Positions 1 to 8,974 are shown, numbered from the stretch's first letter. The stretch is DNA of 32,000 bases from Synechococcus sp. A15-24 (GCF_014280195.1 NZ_CP047960.1:990001-1022000), one strand, 5' to 3'. Program-made: numbers and translations. The notes: generated by a model not told the origin, from the letters alone.

Positions 1-172
1 CTAGCTGACGATGGTCGAATGGTCCGCAGCCACGGCTGAGGGTTGCCGCTAGCAGCTGATGGGCACCACGCTGGCAGACGCCGTCCGTGGCACTGCCCCA
101 GGGCAGAAGCAATTTCGCCGCCATCACGCCGGGGGTGGCGATCCGATCAACGATCAGGTCCGGGATGGCCAT
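1..172 (-). CDS. M16-family peptidase-like protein, N-terminal fragment (gene runs off the left edge). Probably the non-catalytic partner of the adjacent M16 protease.
   Basis: Hand translation of the minus strand from ATG 172..170 gives [57 protein letters not shown] with no stop down to position 1. Its ATG overlaps the TGA (174..172) of the upstream M16 gene (TGATG). The segment GAHQLLAATLSRG sits where active M16 enzymes carry G-x-AHFLEH-x-x-FKG, but it lacks HxxEH. It is not in the ORF track because it is open-ended and short. Confidence 0.5.
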   Translation of the reverse strand, partial: MAIPDLIVDRIATPGVMAAKLLLPWGSATDGVCQRGAHQLLAATLSRGCGPFDHRQL

Positions 173-1464
173 CAGCGTTGCCCCGCCGGAGTAGCGATCA
201 GGCTGCAGGCCTGACTGGGCTGCAGCAATGGCATCAGGTCCTCAGACAACCGCTCTTCAGTCCAGGCCTGCAGATGCTGCAGCGGTTGCAGCAGCTCCTG
301 CGGACGGTTCCACAGCATCTGGCTGGCGGCCTGGGCTGCCACCTGACCGACCGATTCCAGGCTATAGCGCAGCCCATTGCCTACGAGTTGGCGTCCTCGA
401 GCCAGCTCTTCAGCTGTAAACGGTGCCGCCTGGTTCAGCTGCTCGTGCACCGTTGCTTCCACCTGCTCCAGATCCTCGGGCTCACAGCTGATCTCAAGGG
501 TCATCAGGCATCCCTGTTCCAGAACACTGAGATCCATGTCCACGCTTTCCGCAATGCGAAGCTCCTCGCGCAGCTGGGCGACGAGGCGGCTGCGTCGCCC
601 TTCCCCCAGCAGTGTCGTGGCGAGATCGGCACCCATCACCCAGGCCTGATCGTGGGCGGTGGATCCGCTCCAGAGCATCAGCAGGCGCGCTGATTCCAGG
701 CGTGCCAGCTCCATGGTGTGACGTCCTGGCTGCAGCCTCAGCCCCCTGGGCTCCACTTGATTGATGGCGTCGGCTGACGGTTGTGGGTCCGGCGGCAGTT
801 GCGCTAGGGCCGAGCTCTCGACCGTCGCCCTCAGCTCCCTCGCTCTCGGTCCACTGATGGCCAGACAGCAATGGTGGCCTCGGTAGCGGCGCTGATGGAA
901 CGTGCGCATGGCTTCAGGGTCCATGGCCAATAGGCTGGAACGTTCCCCGAGGATGGGGCGTCCATAGGGGTGGTCCAGGCAACCCTGCTTCAGCAGTTGC
1001 TGCAGGACCAGCTCATCCGGTTGATCGGCGTACTGGGCCATCTCCTCCAGCACCACCTCCCGCTCCAGGCGGAATGACTCCTGCTCCAGGGCAGGGTGCA
1101 AAACCAGATCCAGCAACAGATCAAGGGCCTGCTGGCTCGTCTCGGGCGGGATCAGAACGTGGAAATGCACGTCATCAAAGCCGGTGGCGGCATTGCTGCT
1201 GCCGCCAAGGGCCTCGATGGCCAGATCAAAGGCACCAGCCTCAAGCCGCTCACTGCCCTTGAACACCATGTGTTCCAGGAAGTGCGCCATCCCTTCCTCT
1301 CCAGCAGCCTCCGTGAAGCTTCCGGCTCGACACCAGAGGTCAAGGCAGGTGAGCGGAGCTTCGGGCATCTCGGCTGCCACGCAGCGCACACCGTTAGGGA
1401 GGGTCCAATGGTCCAGTGCAGGACCGTGCAACAGGCTGGTCAGAACTGCGTGGCAAAGTTCCAT
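172..1464 (-). CDS. Zinc metallopeptidase, M16 (pitrilysin/processing protease) family
   Basis: 430-aa ORF with ATG at 1464. The N-terminal block TLPNG...[27 protein letters not shown] contains the inverted zinc motif HxxEH (HFLEH) characteristic of M16 peptidases. The length is typical for the family. Confidence 0.9.
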   Translation of the reverse strand: MELCHAVLTSLLHGPALDHWTLPNGVRCVAAEMPEAPLTCLDLWCRAGSFTEAAGEEGMAHFLEHMVFKGSERLEAGAFDLAIEALGGSSNAATGFDDVHFHVLIPPETSQQALDLLLDLVLHPALEQESFRLEREVVLEEMAQYADQPDELVLQQLLKQGCLDHPYGRPILGERSSLLAMDPEAMRTFHQRRYRGHHCCLAISGPRARELRATVESSALAQLPPDPQPSADAINQVEPRGLRLQPGRHTMELARLESARLLMLWSGSTAHDQAWVMGADLATTLLGEGRRSRLVAQLREELRIAESVDMDLSVLEQGCLMTLEISCEPEDLEQVEATVHEQLNQAAPFTAEELARGRQLVGNGLRYSLESVGQVAAQAASQMLWNRPQELLQPLQHLQAWTEERLSEDLMPLLQPSQACSLIATPAGQR

Positions 1465-1482
1465 TCTGTTCCCCCCGGCTTG

Positions 1483-2226
1483 ATGCAGTCCCCGCCGTCT
1501 GAGTCTTCATCGACGGTTGCTCCCCTGATTCCCTCCCTTGCCGAGACGATCCGGGGTGCCTGGATCGGCTTACCAGAGCTGAAACCGCTCGACGCCGACT
1601 CCGATTTCTCAAGTATTGAGGGGCAACTGGAGGGGGATGACCTGCTCATTCGCAACGAGCTGCTGTGCTGCCGCGGTATGCGCAAGATCCACCTGGAACT
1701 GGCGCGGCTTGGTCGGGGTCTGCAGATTCTCCACTGCGTCTGGTTCCCGGACCCCCGCTTCGATCTGCCGATCTTCGGTGCCGACATCGTGGCCGGTCCC
1801 GCAGGGGTATCCGCTGCAATTGTTGATCTGTCTCCGGTGTCCGGAGCCTTGCCGTCGGGCATTGAAACGGCCCTGGCGGGCACTCCCAGGCCGAATTTTC
1901 GCCAGGTGCGCGATCTGCCGGGGTGGGGCACGATTTTTTCCCCCCATGTCTGTTTCATCCGTCCGGATGCTGCTGAGGAGGAGGTGCTGTTCCGCTCACG
2001 GGTGAAGGAGGTGCTGACCATCCTGCGAACGGCTGTGCTCCAGACAGCCTGCGAACCAGCGACAGCGGCTTCTACGATCCGCCGGTATGAGGGACAACTG
2101 AGCTATTGCCTCCAGCAGAAGCGCAACGACAAGACCCGCAGGGTGCTGGAGAAAGCCTTCGACGCCTCCTGGGCCGATCGCTACATCGAAGAACTGCTGT
2201 TCGACGATCCCTTGCCTCCAAGTTGA
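1483..2226 (+). CDS. pcyA: Phycocyanobilin:ferredoxin oxidoreductase
   Basis: In-frame ATG at 1483 inside track ORF 1096..2226, giving 247 aa. The blocks [50 protein letters not shown] and [17 protein letters not shown] match the ferredoxin-dependent bilin reductase family (PcyA type). The first 129 codons of the track ORF lie antisense to the M16 gene and are not credible coding sequence. Confidence 0.88.
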   Translation: MQSPPSESSSTVAPLIPSLAETIRGAWIGLPELKPLDADSDFSSIEGQLEGDDLLIRNELLCCRGMRKIHLELARLGRGLQILHCVWFPDPRFDLPIFGADIVAGPAGVSAAIVDLSPVSGALPSGIETALAGTPRPNFRQVRDLPGWGTIFSPHVCFIRPDAAEEEVLFRSRVKEVLTILRTAVLQTACEPATAASTIRRYEGQLSYCLQQKRNDKTRRVLEKAFDASWADRYIEELLFDDPLPPS

Positions 2227-3134
2227 CCCGACTCTGGAGTCATTCCGGTTCGGTCGGGCTGGTCTGTTTGGTGTTCGTGCTGATCGGCTGTGGTGGCAAT
2301 CAGACGACGAAGGCCCCATCGGAGAATTTAGCTTCTGTTGCAAGCGAAGCCGTTGCCCGTCCTGAAGCGGTCGCGGCCCTGGGGCAGCTTGAGCCCGCTG
2401 GAAATGTGCGTAGCCTGGCCGCTCCAACCGCCGGCGTTGCCGGAACACCAAGGATCGAACAGCTGCTGGTTGATGAAGGGGCTGTGATTCGCCGGGGACA
2501 GGTGCTTGCCCGCTTCGACACCAAAGCCGGTCTGGAGGCAGACCTGGCCGCTGTTGAGGCCGACCTGGCGAGTCTCGAAGACGAGATTGCCCTTCAAAAG
2601 GTTGAGGTGTCGCGGTATGCGCGCGGGGCCAATTGGGGTGCTGTTTCGCTGGTTCAACGCGAATCCAGCCGGGAAGATCTGGTTCGTCTCGAGGGTGAAC
2701 AGGCACAGGCCCTGGCCCGGCGTCAGGGCTTGCTGGTGGATTTAGAGGAGAGTGAGCTGGTCTCTCCCCTGGACGGCCTTGTCCTGGAGATCCATGCGCG
2801 AGAGGGCGAACGGCCGGGCAGTGATGGGGTGATGGATATCGGCGCCAGCCAGAGGATGCAGGCTCGGATCGAGGTTTACGAATCTGATATCGCGCAGATC
2901 AACCTGGATCAGCAGGTGCAGTTGACCAGCGAGAACGGTGGCTTCAGTGGTCAGCTCAGCGGTCGTGTCATCCAGATCAGTCCACGGGTGCAACAGCGCG
3001 ATGTGCTGTCCACCGATCCCACCGGTGATGCCGATGCCCGGGTGGTGGAAGTGCTGGTGGCTCTCGACGACGCCGATGTCCGCCGAGTGATCCTTTTGGC
3101 TGGTTTGAAGGTCATCGCCCGGTTCGAGCCATGA
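2223..3134 (+). CDS. devB: DevB-like membrane fusion (HlyD-type adaptor) protein of a tripartite ABC exporter, predicted lipoprotein
   Basis: The translation shows adaptor architecture: a lipoyl-like beta region ([17 protein letters not shown] ... [16 protein letters not shown]), a central coiled-coil segment ([26 protein letters not shown]) and a C-terminal block ([12 protein letters not shown]). There is no in-frame ATG near the N-terminus. TTG at 2223 yields [23 protein letters not shown] with an L-I-G-C lipobox and overlaps the pcyA stop (TTGA). The start coordinate is uncertain. Confidence 0.75.
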   Translation: MTRLWSHSGSVGLVCLVFVLIGCGGNQTTKAPSENLASVASEAVARPEAVAALGQLEPAGNVRSLAAPTAGVAGTPRIEQLLVDEGAVIRRGQVLARFDTKAGLEADLAAVEADLASLEDEIALQKVEVSRYARGANWGAVSLVQRESSREDLVRLEGEQAQALARRQGLLVDLEESELVSPLDGLVLEIHAREGERPGSDGVMDIGASQRMQARIEVYESDIAQINLDQQVQLTSENGGFSGQLSGRVIQISPRVQQRDVLSTDPTGDADARVVEVLVALDDADVRRVILLAGLKVIARFEP

Positions 3135-4300
3135 AGACCCTCTGGCAGGGACGTCGAATTCCCCTGTCCTGGCTGTTGCTGTCCCGTCAGCCCGTTCGCC
3201 TTCTGGTGGCTCTGGCTGGGATCAGCTTTGCCGGGATCCTGATGTTCATGCAGCTGGGGTTTCGCGATGGACTGTTTGACGCCAGCGTCACGGTGCACCG
3301 TCTGTTCGATGCCGATCTGGTGCTGATCAGTCCCCGCTCCGCCAGTTCCGTGCGGATGGCGGGCTTCCCCAGGCGCCGATTGGTCCAGACCCTGGCCGAT
3401 CCCGCCGTTGAAGGGGTCAGCCCTGTCCACTGGGGCCTGATGCTGTGGCGTAATCCGGAAACCCGTCTCAACCGAGCGATTCTGGCGCTGGGGTTCAATC
3501 CGGATGATTCCTTTTTTGTCGATCCCAGCCTGTCTGAAAAAACCGAAGTCCTCAAACAGAAAGGCAGGATCCTGTTTGATCAGCTGTCACGGCCGGAATT
3601 CGGTCCCATCGCTGAGTGGTATCAGGACGGTCGCACCGTTGAAACGGAAATCGCCGGCAATCGCATCCGCGTCGAAGGTCTGGTGAGTCTCGGTACCAGT
3701 TTCGGGGCCGACGGCAACCTGCTCACCAGTACAGAGACTTTTCTGGATCTCTCCCCACAGAAATCGCGCGGGGCCATTGAAGTCGGTCTGATCCGTCTGC
3801 GTCCGGGGGCGGATCCACAGGATGTTGTGCAAAGGCTGGAGTCAAGGCTTCCCGACGACGTCAAAGTCCTCACCAAACAGGGATTCATTGACTTCGAGAA
3901 GAACTACTGGAAGAGCGGCACATCCATCGGATTCATTTTCACCCTCGGAGCCGCTATGGGCTTTGTGGTGGGCTGCGTGATCGTTTACCAGGTTCTCTAC
4001 ACCGATGTCAGTGACCATCTCCCGGAATACGCCACCTTGATGGCCATGGGCTACCGCCTCAGCCACCTGCTTGGCGTTGTGGTTCGCGAGGGGTTTTATC
4101 TGGCTGTCATGGGCTATATCCCGGCCTACCTCGCTGGTGAGGGTCTGTACTGGTTTGTGCGTGATGCAACGCGTCTTCCGGTGGGCATGGACGCATCAAG
4201 GGCCCTCACCGTCGGCGGCATGATCCTGGTGATGTGCATGCTGTCCTCGCTGCTGGCGATGCGTCGACTGGTCGATGCGGACCCTGCGGAGATCTTCTGA
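3131..4300 (+). CDS. devC: DevC-like ABC exporter permease (FtsX/MacB-type fold)
   Basis: 389-aa ORF whose ATG overlaps the devB-like stop (ATGA at 3131-3134). It has an N-terminal TM helix (LLVALAGISFAGILMFMQL), a large periplasmic-type domain and a C-terminal cluster of three hydrophobic helices. The arrangement between adaptor and ATPase genes matches devBCA. Confidence 0.82.
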   Translation: MKTLWQGRRIPLSWLLLSRQPVRLLVALAGISFAGILMFMQLGFRDGLFDASVTVHRLFDADLVLISPRSASSVRMAGFPRRRLVQTLADPAVEGVSPVHWGLMLWRNPETRLNRAILALGFNPDDSFFVDPSLSEKTEVLKQKGRILFDQLSRPEFGPIAEWYQDGRTVETEIAGNRIRVEGLVSLGTSFGADGNLLTSTETFLDLSPQKSRGAIEVGLIRLRPGADPQDVVQRLESRLPDDVKVLTKQGFIDFEKNYWKSGTSIGFIFTLGAAMGFVVGCVIVYQVLYTDVSDHLPEYATLMAMGYRLSHLLGVVVREGFYLAVMGYIPAYLAGEGLYWFVRDATRLPVGMDASRALTVGGMILVMCMLSSLLAMRRLVDADPAEIF

Positions 4301-4980
4301 TGGCCTCCGTCGAGCTCCAGAACCTCAGCCACTCCTTCGGTCGCGGTGAGATGCGGCGGCAGGTGCTGCAGGGCATCAGCCTCAGGATCGATCCCGGTGA
4401 GGTGGTGCTGCTGACCGGGCCATCCGGTTGCGGCAAGACCACGCTGTTGACCCTGATCGGTGCCCTGCGCACGGTGCAATCCGGTCAGGTCACTGTGCTT
4501 GGGCATCGTCTTGACGGTGCCGGTCGCCGCCAGCGGCAACAGGTGCGCCGCGGCATCGGCATGATTTTTCAGGGCCACAACCTGTTGCGTTGCCTCACAG
4601 CGGAACAGAACGTTCAGATGGGGGCAGATCTCCTGCCAGGACTCGGCTACCGCGCCCGACGGGATGAGGCCCGGCAGTGGCTGCGCTCCGTCGGCCTTGA
4701 GGATCAGATGGGGAAATTGCCCCACGACTTGTCCGGTGGACAGAAGCAGCGGGTGGCGATCGCCCGTGCGCTAGCGGCCCACCCACTGCTGCTGCTGGCC
4801 GATGAACCGACGGCTGCCCTGGATGGAGCCACGGGTCGGGAGGTGGTGGAACTATTGCGGCGACTGGCGCGGGATCAGTCCTGTGCGGTGTTGATGGTGA
4901 CCCACGATCCACGCATCCTTGACGTGGCGGACCGGTTGCTGAAGATGGAGGATGGCTGCCTGCTGCCGGCTGCGCAGTAA
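4300..4980 (+). CDS. devA: DevA-like ABC transporter ATP-binding protein
   Basis: In-frame ATG at 4300 (MASVELQNLSHSFG...) overlaps the devC-like stop by 1 nt (TGATG). It carries Walker A GPSGCGKTT, signature LSGGQKQRVAIARAL, Walker B LLLADEPTAALD and an H-loop VTHD. Length is 226 aa. Confidence 0.9.
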   Translation: MASVELQNLSHSFGRGEMRRQVLQGISLRIDPGEVVLLTGPSGCGKTTLLTLIGALRTVQSGQVTVLGHRLDGAGRRQRQQVRRGIGMIFQGHNLLRCLTAEQNVQMGADLLPGLGYRARRDEARQWLRSVGLEDQMGKLPHDLSGGQKQRVAIARALAAHPLLLLADEPTAALDGATGREVVELLRRLARDQSCAVLMVTHDPRILDVADRLLKMEDGCLLPAAQ

Positions 4981-5012
4981 GGTGACGAAGATTGCACTTT
5001 TATTGTTGCTGG

Positions 5013-5168
5013 ATGGCTAAGCGCAGAAATCTGAAGAAGGAAAAGCAGGAACGCAACCGCGCATACGCGCGCAAATTCAAGAAGCGTAAGCTGCGTACTG
5101 ATGGCCGTGGTGAGGGTGCCGGTAACGGTGTCACGGGTACCGCTAACAACGGCGGTGCGGCTGATTGA
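5013..5168 (+). CDS. Small, very basic hypothetical protein (51 aa)
   Basis: Hand-translated ATG..TGA ORF, below the track cutoff: MAKRRNLKKEKQERNRAYARKFKKRKLRTDGRGEGAGNGVTGTANNGGAAD. It lies 32 nt after devA on the same strand and is followed 25 nt later by a canonical intrinsic terminator. By eye, its codon choice (CGT, GGT, GCT, AAG) resembles that of rpsB/tsf in this window. No homology search was possible. Confidence 0.5.
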   Translation: MAKRRNLKKEKQERNRAYARKFKKRKLRTDGRGEGAGNGVTGTANNGGAAD

Positions 5169-5193
5169 TCGTTGGGCAGTTCTGACGTTCAGC

Positions 5194-5218
5194 GGGGGAC
5201 CTCAAGGTCCCCCTTTTT
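5194..5218 (+). terminator. Rho-independent terminator
   Basis: GGGGGACC (5194-5201), loop TCAA, GGTCCCCC (5206-5213) form a perfect 8-bp GC-rich stem followed directly by TTTTT (5214-5218). A further T-rich run follows. Confidence 0.8.
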
Positions 5219-5260
5219 GTTGCTTTTAGGCTGAGCCATTCCACCCTTCCGGTTGCCGCG

Positions 5261-6193
5261 ATGTTCGTCAGCGTCGTCATCCCGACCTACAACCGCCGGC
5301 CGATCCTTGAGAAGTGTCTGCTGGCACTTGAGCGTCAGCAGGCGTGTCGAGAGATTGATCGTTATGAGGTGGTGTTGGTGGATGACGGATCCACCGATGG
5401 AACCCCGGATTGGTTGCGTGGGGCGGCGGAGCGTTTCCCTCATGTGCGGTTGATTGAGCAGTCCCATGGCGGCCCTGCTGAGGGGCGGAATCGCGGCGTC
5501 GATCACGCACATGGCGATGTCATCGTCTTCATCGACAGTGACCTGGTGGTCACGGACAGCTTTCTGTCCTGTCATGCCAGCAGCCTTGTTCGCAGCTGGG
5601 AAGCGCGTGGTGATCGCCTTTGCTTTACCTATGGCGCCGTTGTCAACACAGCCAATTTCGAACAGCCCACGGCTGAACGCCACAAGCTGCGGGATCTCTC
5701 ATGGGCTTATTTCGCGACCGGAAATGTCGCCATCGCCAAGGAGGTGCTGCAGCGTGCCGGATTGTTCGATACCGGATTCCGCCTCTACGGCTGGGAAGAC
5801 CTTGAACTGGGCGAGCGGTTGCGCCGCATGGGGGTGCAGCTGATCAAGTGCCCTGCTGCCGTGGGGTACCACTGGCATCCAGCCCTGACCCTCGATCAAA
5901 TCCCGCGACTGATTGAGGTGGAAGGGGAACGAGCACGGATGGGTCTGGTGTTCTTCCGCAAACATCCGACGCGCCGCGTGCGGTTCATCATCCAATTCAC
6001 TTGGCTGCATCGCCTGCTGTGGGAGCTGCTCACCCTCGGGGGGCTGATCAATGAGCACAGCCTGCGGCCCCTGCTGCGTTGGTTGATTCGTCATGGCTAC
6101 TCCGGCACGGCCATGGAATTGCTGCGGCTTCCCCTCAACCGGATCGGGGTGCGTGCTCTGTTTCAAGAGGCTCGTCTGGCTGGCTTGCGCTGA
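5261..6193 (+). CDS. Glycosyltransferase family 2 protein
   Basis: 310-aa ORF with ATG at 5261. The N-terminal VSVVIPTYNRRPILEKCLLAL ... VVLVDDGSTDGT ... GGPAEGRNRGV ... VIVFIDSDL is the GT-A/GT2 nucleotide-sugar binding signature, including the DxD-like DSD. Confidence 0.85.
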   Translation: MFVSVVIPTYNRRPILEKCLLALERQQACREIDRYEVVLVDDGSTDGTPDWLRGAAERFPHVRLIEQSHGGPAEGRNRGVDHAHGDVIVFIDSDLVVTDSFLSCHASSLVRSWEARGDRLCFTYGAVVNTANFEQPTAERHKLRDLSWAYFATGNVAIAKEVLQRAGLFDTGFRLYGWEDLELGERLRRMGVQLIKCPAAVGYHWHPALTLDQIPRLIEVEGERARMGLVFFRKHPTRRVRFIIQFTWLHRLLWELLTLGGLINEHSLRPLLRWLIRHGYSGTAMELLRLPLNRIGVRALFQEARLAGLR

Positions 6194-6331
6194 TCGGCCT
6201 TTTGATACCGTCAATAGGCTCTTTCACACCGCACACTTGCCCGTTTCGGGTGCATGCGACACCGATCAATGCCCTCGGGCTGAGATGTGTCCATCCCTGG
6301 CAGGTGGAGGCGAACCCGAAACCCTCAAACC

Positions 6332-7051
6332 ATGGCTGTTGTCACCCTCGCCGAAATGATGGAGGCGGGTGCCCACTTCGGGCACCAAACCCGTCGTTGG
6401 AACCCCAAAATGTCGCGCTACATCTACTGCGCGCGCAATGGTGTTCACATCATCGATCTCGTGCAGACCGCCGTCTGCATGAACAACGCCTACAAGTGGA
6501 CCCGTTCCGCTGCCCGCAGCGGCAAACGTTTTCTGTTTGTCGGCACCAAGAAGCAGGCCTCTGAAGTGGTTGCTCTCGAGGCAGCTCGCTGCGGAGCCGC
6601 CTACGTGAACCAGCGCTGGCTGGGCGGCATGCTCACCAACTGGACCACCATGAAGGCCCGGATCGACCGCCTCAAGGATCTGGAGCGGATGGAGTCCAGC
6701 GGTGCCATCGCGATGCGCCCCAAGAAGGAGGGTGCTGTGCTGCGCCGGGAACTGGAACGGCTTCAGAAATATCTGGGGGGTCTGAAGACGATGCGTCGTC
6801 TCCCCGATGTGGTGGTGCTGGTGGACCAGCGCCGCGAGTCCAACGCCGTCCTGGAAGCGCGCAAACTGGACATTCCTCTGGTGTCCATGCTCGACACCAA
6901 CTGCGATCCGGACCTCTGTGAGGTGCCCATCCCCTGCAACGACGACGCTGTGCGTTCGGTGCAACTGGTGTTGGGGCGTCTCGCCGATGCCATCAACGAG
7001 GGCCGACACGGCAACAATGAGCAGCGCGGCGGCGACGACGCCGAAGGCTGA
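6332..7051 (+). CDS. rpsB: 30S ribosomal protein S2
   Basis: In-frame ATG at 6332. [43 protein letters not shown] is the canonical S2 N-terminus. Length is 239 aa. Confidence 0.96.
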   Translation: MAVVTLAEMMEAGAHFGHQTRRWNPKMSRYIYCARNGVHIIDLVQTAVCMNNAYKWTRSAARSGKRFLFVGTKKQASEVVALEAARCGAAYVNQRWLGGMLTNWTTMKARIDRLKDLERMESSGAIAMRPKKEGAVLRRELERLQKYLGGLKTMRRLPDVVVLVDQRRESNAVLEARKLDIPLVSMLDTNCDPDLCEVPIPCNDDAVRSVQLVLGRLADAINEGRHGNNEQRGGDDAEG

Positions 7052-7136
7052 GGCTCTTCGAAACGCTAAGTTCACGCCGCCGACCTGCGCTTGTGGGCCG
7101 GCGGTGACATGTTCCCTTCCCCGACTCCTACGACCG

Positions 7137-7796
7137 ATGGCAGCCGTATCCGCCAAGCTTGTCAAAGACCTGCGCGACAAGACCGGCGCGGGAATGATGG
7201 ATTGCAAGAAGGCCCTTGCGGCTACTGACGGTGACGCCAACAAGGCGGTCGAGTGGCTGCGACAGAAAGGCATCGCCAGCGCCGAGAAGAAGTCTGGCCG
7301 CACGGCCGCCGAAGGCGCCATCAGCAGCTACATCCACACCGGTTCCCGGGTTGGTGTGCTGATCGAAATCAACTGCGAGACCGACTTTGTTGCCCGTGGC
7401 GACATGTTCCAGGAGCTGCTGCGGGATGTCTCGATGCAGGTGGCGGCTTGCCCCAACGTGGAATACGTCACCACCGATGACATCCCTGATGAAATTCGGG
7501 AGCGGGAGAAGGCCATTGAGATGGGTCGCGATGACCTGGATGGCAAGCCGGAGCAGATGAAGGTGAAGATCGTTGAAGGTCGGATCGGAAAGCGCCTGAA
7601 GGAGCTCGCTCTGATGGAGCAACCCTTCATCAAGGACAGCTCGATCACGGTGGCTGAGCTGGTCAAGCAGACCGCCGGCAAAATCGGTGAAAACGTGCAG
7701 GTGCGTCGCTTCACCCGCTACACCCTTGGCGAGGGCATCGAGGTGGAGGAGTCCGATTTCGCTGCAGAAGTCGCCTCCATGAAGGCTGCTGGCTGA
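7137..7796 (+). CDS. tsf: Translation elongation factor Ts
   Basis: In-frame ATG at 7137. [57 protein letters not shown] is the canonical EF-Ts UBA-like N-terminus. Length is 219 aa and the gene lies directly downstream of rpsB, as in most bacteria. Confidence 0.96.
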   Translation: MAAVSAKLVKDLRDKTGAGMMDCKKALAATDGDANKAVEWLRQKGIASAEKKSGRTAAEGAISSYIHTGSRVGVLIEINCETDFVARGDMFQELLRDVSMQVAACPNVEYVTTDDIPDEIREREKAIEMGRDDLDGKPEQMKVKIVEGRIGKRLKELALMEQPFIKDSSITVAELVKQTAGKIGENVQVRRFTRYTLGEGIEVEESDFAAEVASMKAAG

Positions 7797-7801
7797 TCCA
7801 G

Positions 7802-8974
7802 GTGCCCATTTCGGACCCGTCGTCCGCCTACAACCCCGATGAACAGCTGGCACGCCTGGGACGGTTGTGCCGGCTTCGGTCCATTGCTGTCTATCGCGAA
7901 CAGGCGCTCTACCTCCAGGTTCTGCGGTATGAGCTCGGGCCTGCGGTGCGTCAGGCCTTGTTCTCTTTGATGTCGGAGACGGATCCACTCCGTTTCAATC
8001 GACTATCGGAGGGGCAGAGAACCCGCTTTCACGCCGCGATCGACAATCTGATCAACCGCTGCTCGGTGCTGCTGACGGTCGAACAGCAGATGCATCTGGC
8101 TGATCAGATCCAGCAAGAGCAGCTGCGGCATCAAGCCAGGGCCAGCCGTCAGATGCTTCAGGGGCTGCAACAGGCCGCTCAGCAACAGCAGAGTGAGCCC
8201 AGCTCTCAATTAAGTGACCGTCCGCCTGGGGCATCCGGAGGCTCAGTGGAGCTGAGCATGGCGCCGCCCCTCGATCAACCCCAGCGCTTTGGAATCAAGG
8301 TTCCGACTGAATCTCCCTCTCGGCGTCAATCGCCTCCTGAGCCGACTCCACAGCCTGAGCCGCAGCCCTCAAGCGATTCCGGTGATGGGGCCATTCATGG
8401 AGACCTTGACGTGCTCCGGTCATTGTTTGAGCTGGCAGGCGAAGCTCTTGAGCAGTCCGCCGGTGCTGGTTCCTTGGTCGGACGGTCCAGTGCAGCAAAT
8501 GCAGACGATGGTCAGGACAACCTGCTGCCGACCATGCCGGTCGCGTTGCTGCAGTGGATGGATGCGATGGATCTGGCCTTGTCGCGTCGGCTTCGGAATC
8601 TCTCCCATGCGGTGAATGTTCAACTTCTGCGTTCCGGTCTGGCCCAGGCTCTGTTGCCGGTGAATCTGCTGGAGGCTGTGCTGAACGGCCAGACGGAAAC
8701 ACAGGCTTCCCCCTCCAATCTGTTGAGACTTCAGCTGCCCCTCACCATGGGCGATCTCGGTCCGGGAATGGATGTTCTCTGTGTGCTTGTGCGCAGCAGT
8801 GAGCTGGAATTCGACAGCTATCGCCTGCGACGTTGTCGACGTCGCTTGCGCGACCAGCACCAGGAACTGCTCAAAATGGTTCGGCAGCAACGCCATTGGG
8901 AGCGTCGCTGCCTGGATCGTAAAGCTCGGACGCCTTGGCAGACTCCTCCCGATCCCAAGACCCCCGCGGACTAA
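7802..8974 (+). CDS. Hypothetical protein (390 aa) with helical N- and C-terminal regions joined by a Gln-rich then Pro/Ser-rich linker
   Basis: Long ORF on the same strand as its neighbours, with a GTG start 5 nt after the tsf stop. No recognisable catalytic motif. It contains a Gln-rich stretch (LQGLQQAAQQQQSEP) and a P/S/E-rich linker (SPSRRQSPPEPTPQPEPQPSSDSG). Its position and length argue that it is a real gene, but the function is unknown. Confidence 0.65.
   Translation: MPISDPSSAYNPDEQLARLGRLCRLRSIAVYREQALYLQVLRYELGPAVRQALFSLMSETDPLRFNRLSEGQRTRFHAAIDNLINRCSVLLTVEQQMHLADQIQQEQLRHQARASRQMLQGLQQAAQQQQSEPSSQLSDRPPGASGGSVELSMAPPLDQPQRFGIKVPTESPSRRQSPPEPTPQPEPQPSSDSGDGAIHGDLDVLRSLFELAGEALEQSAGAGSLVGRSSAANADDGQDNLLPTMPVALLQWMDAMDLALSRRLRNLSHAVNVQLLRSGLAQALLPVNLLEAVLNGQTETQASPSNLLRLQLPLTMGDLGPGMDVLCVLVRSSELEFDSYRLRRCRRRLRDQHQELLKMVRQQRHWERRCLDRKARTPWQTPPDPKTPAD

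Noticed and set aside
2106-2222. The track start (TTG 2106) for the DevB-like gene, which overlaps pcyA by 121 nt.
   Set aside because: It would add a 39-residue hydrophilic extension in front of an otherwise well-formed lipoprotein signal peptide and would create a long coding overlap. TTG 2223 gives a canonical n-region, h-region and lipobox, with a 4-nt overlap.
4950-5012. A possible glutamine riboswitch or Downstream-peptide RNA motif in front of the small basic ORF. Such motifs precede tiny ORFs in marine picocyanobacteria.
   Set aside because: Only 32 nt of non-coding leader exist after devA. Apart from a weak GACGAAG resemblance to the ACGGAAG core, I cannot find the conserved stems or pseudoknot. 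A covariance-model search (glnA RNA and Downstream-peptide models) would be decisive, but I cannot run it.
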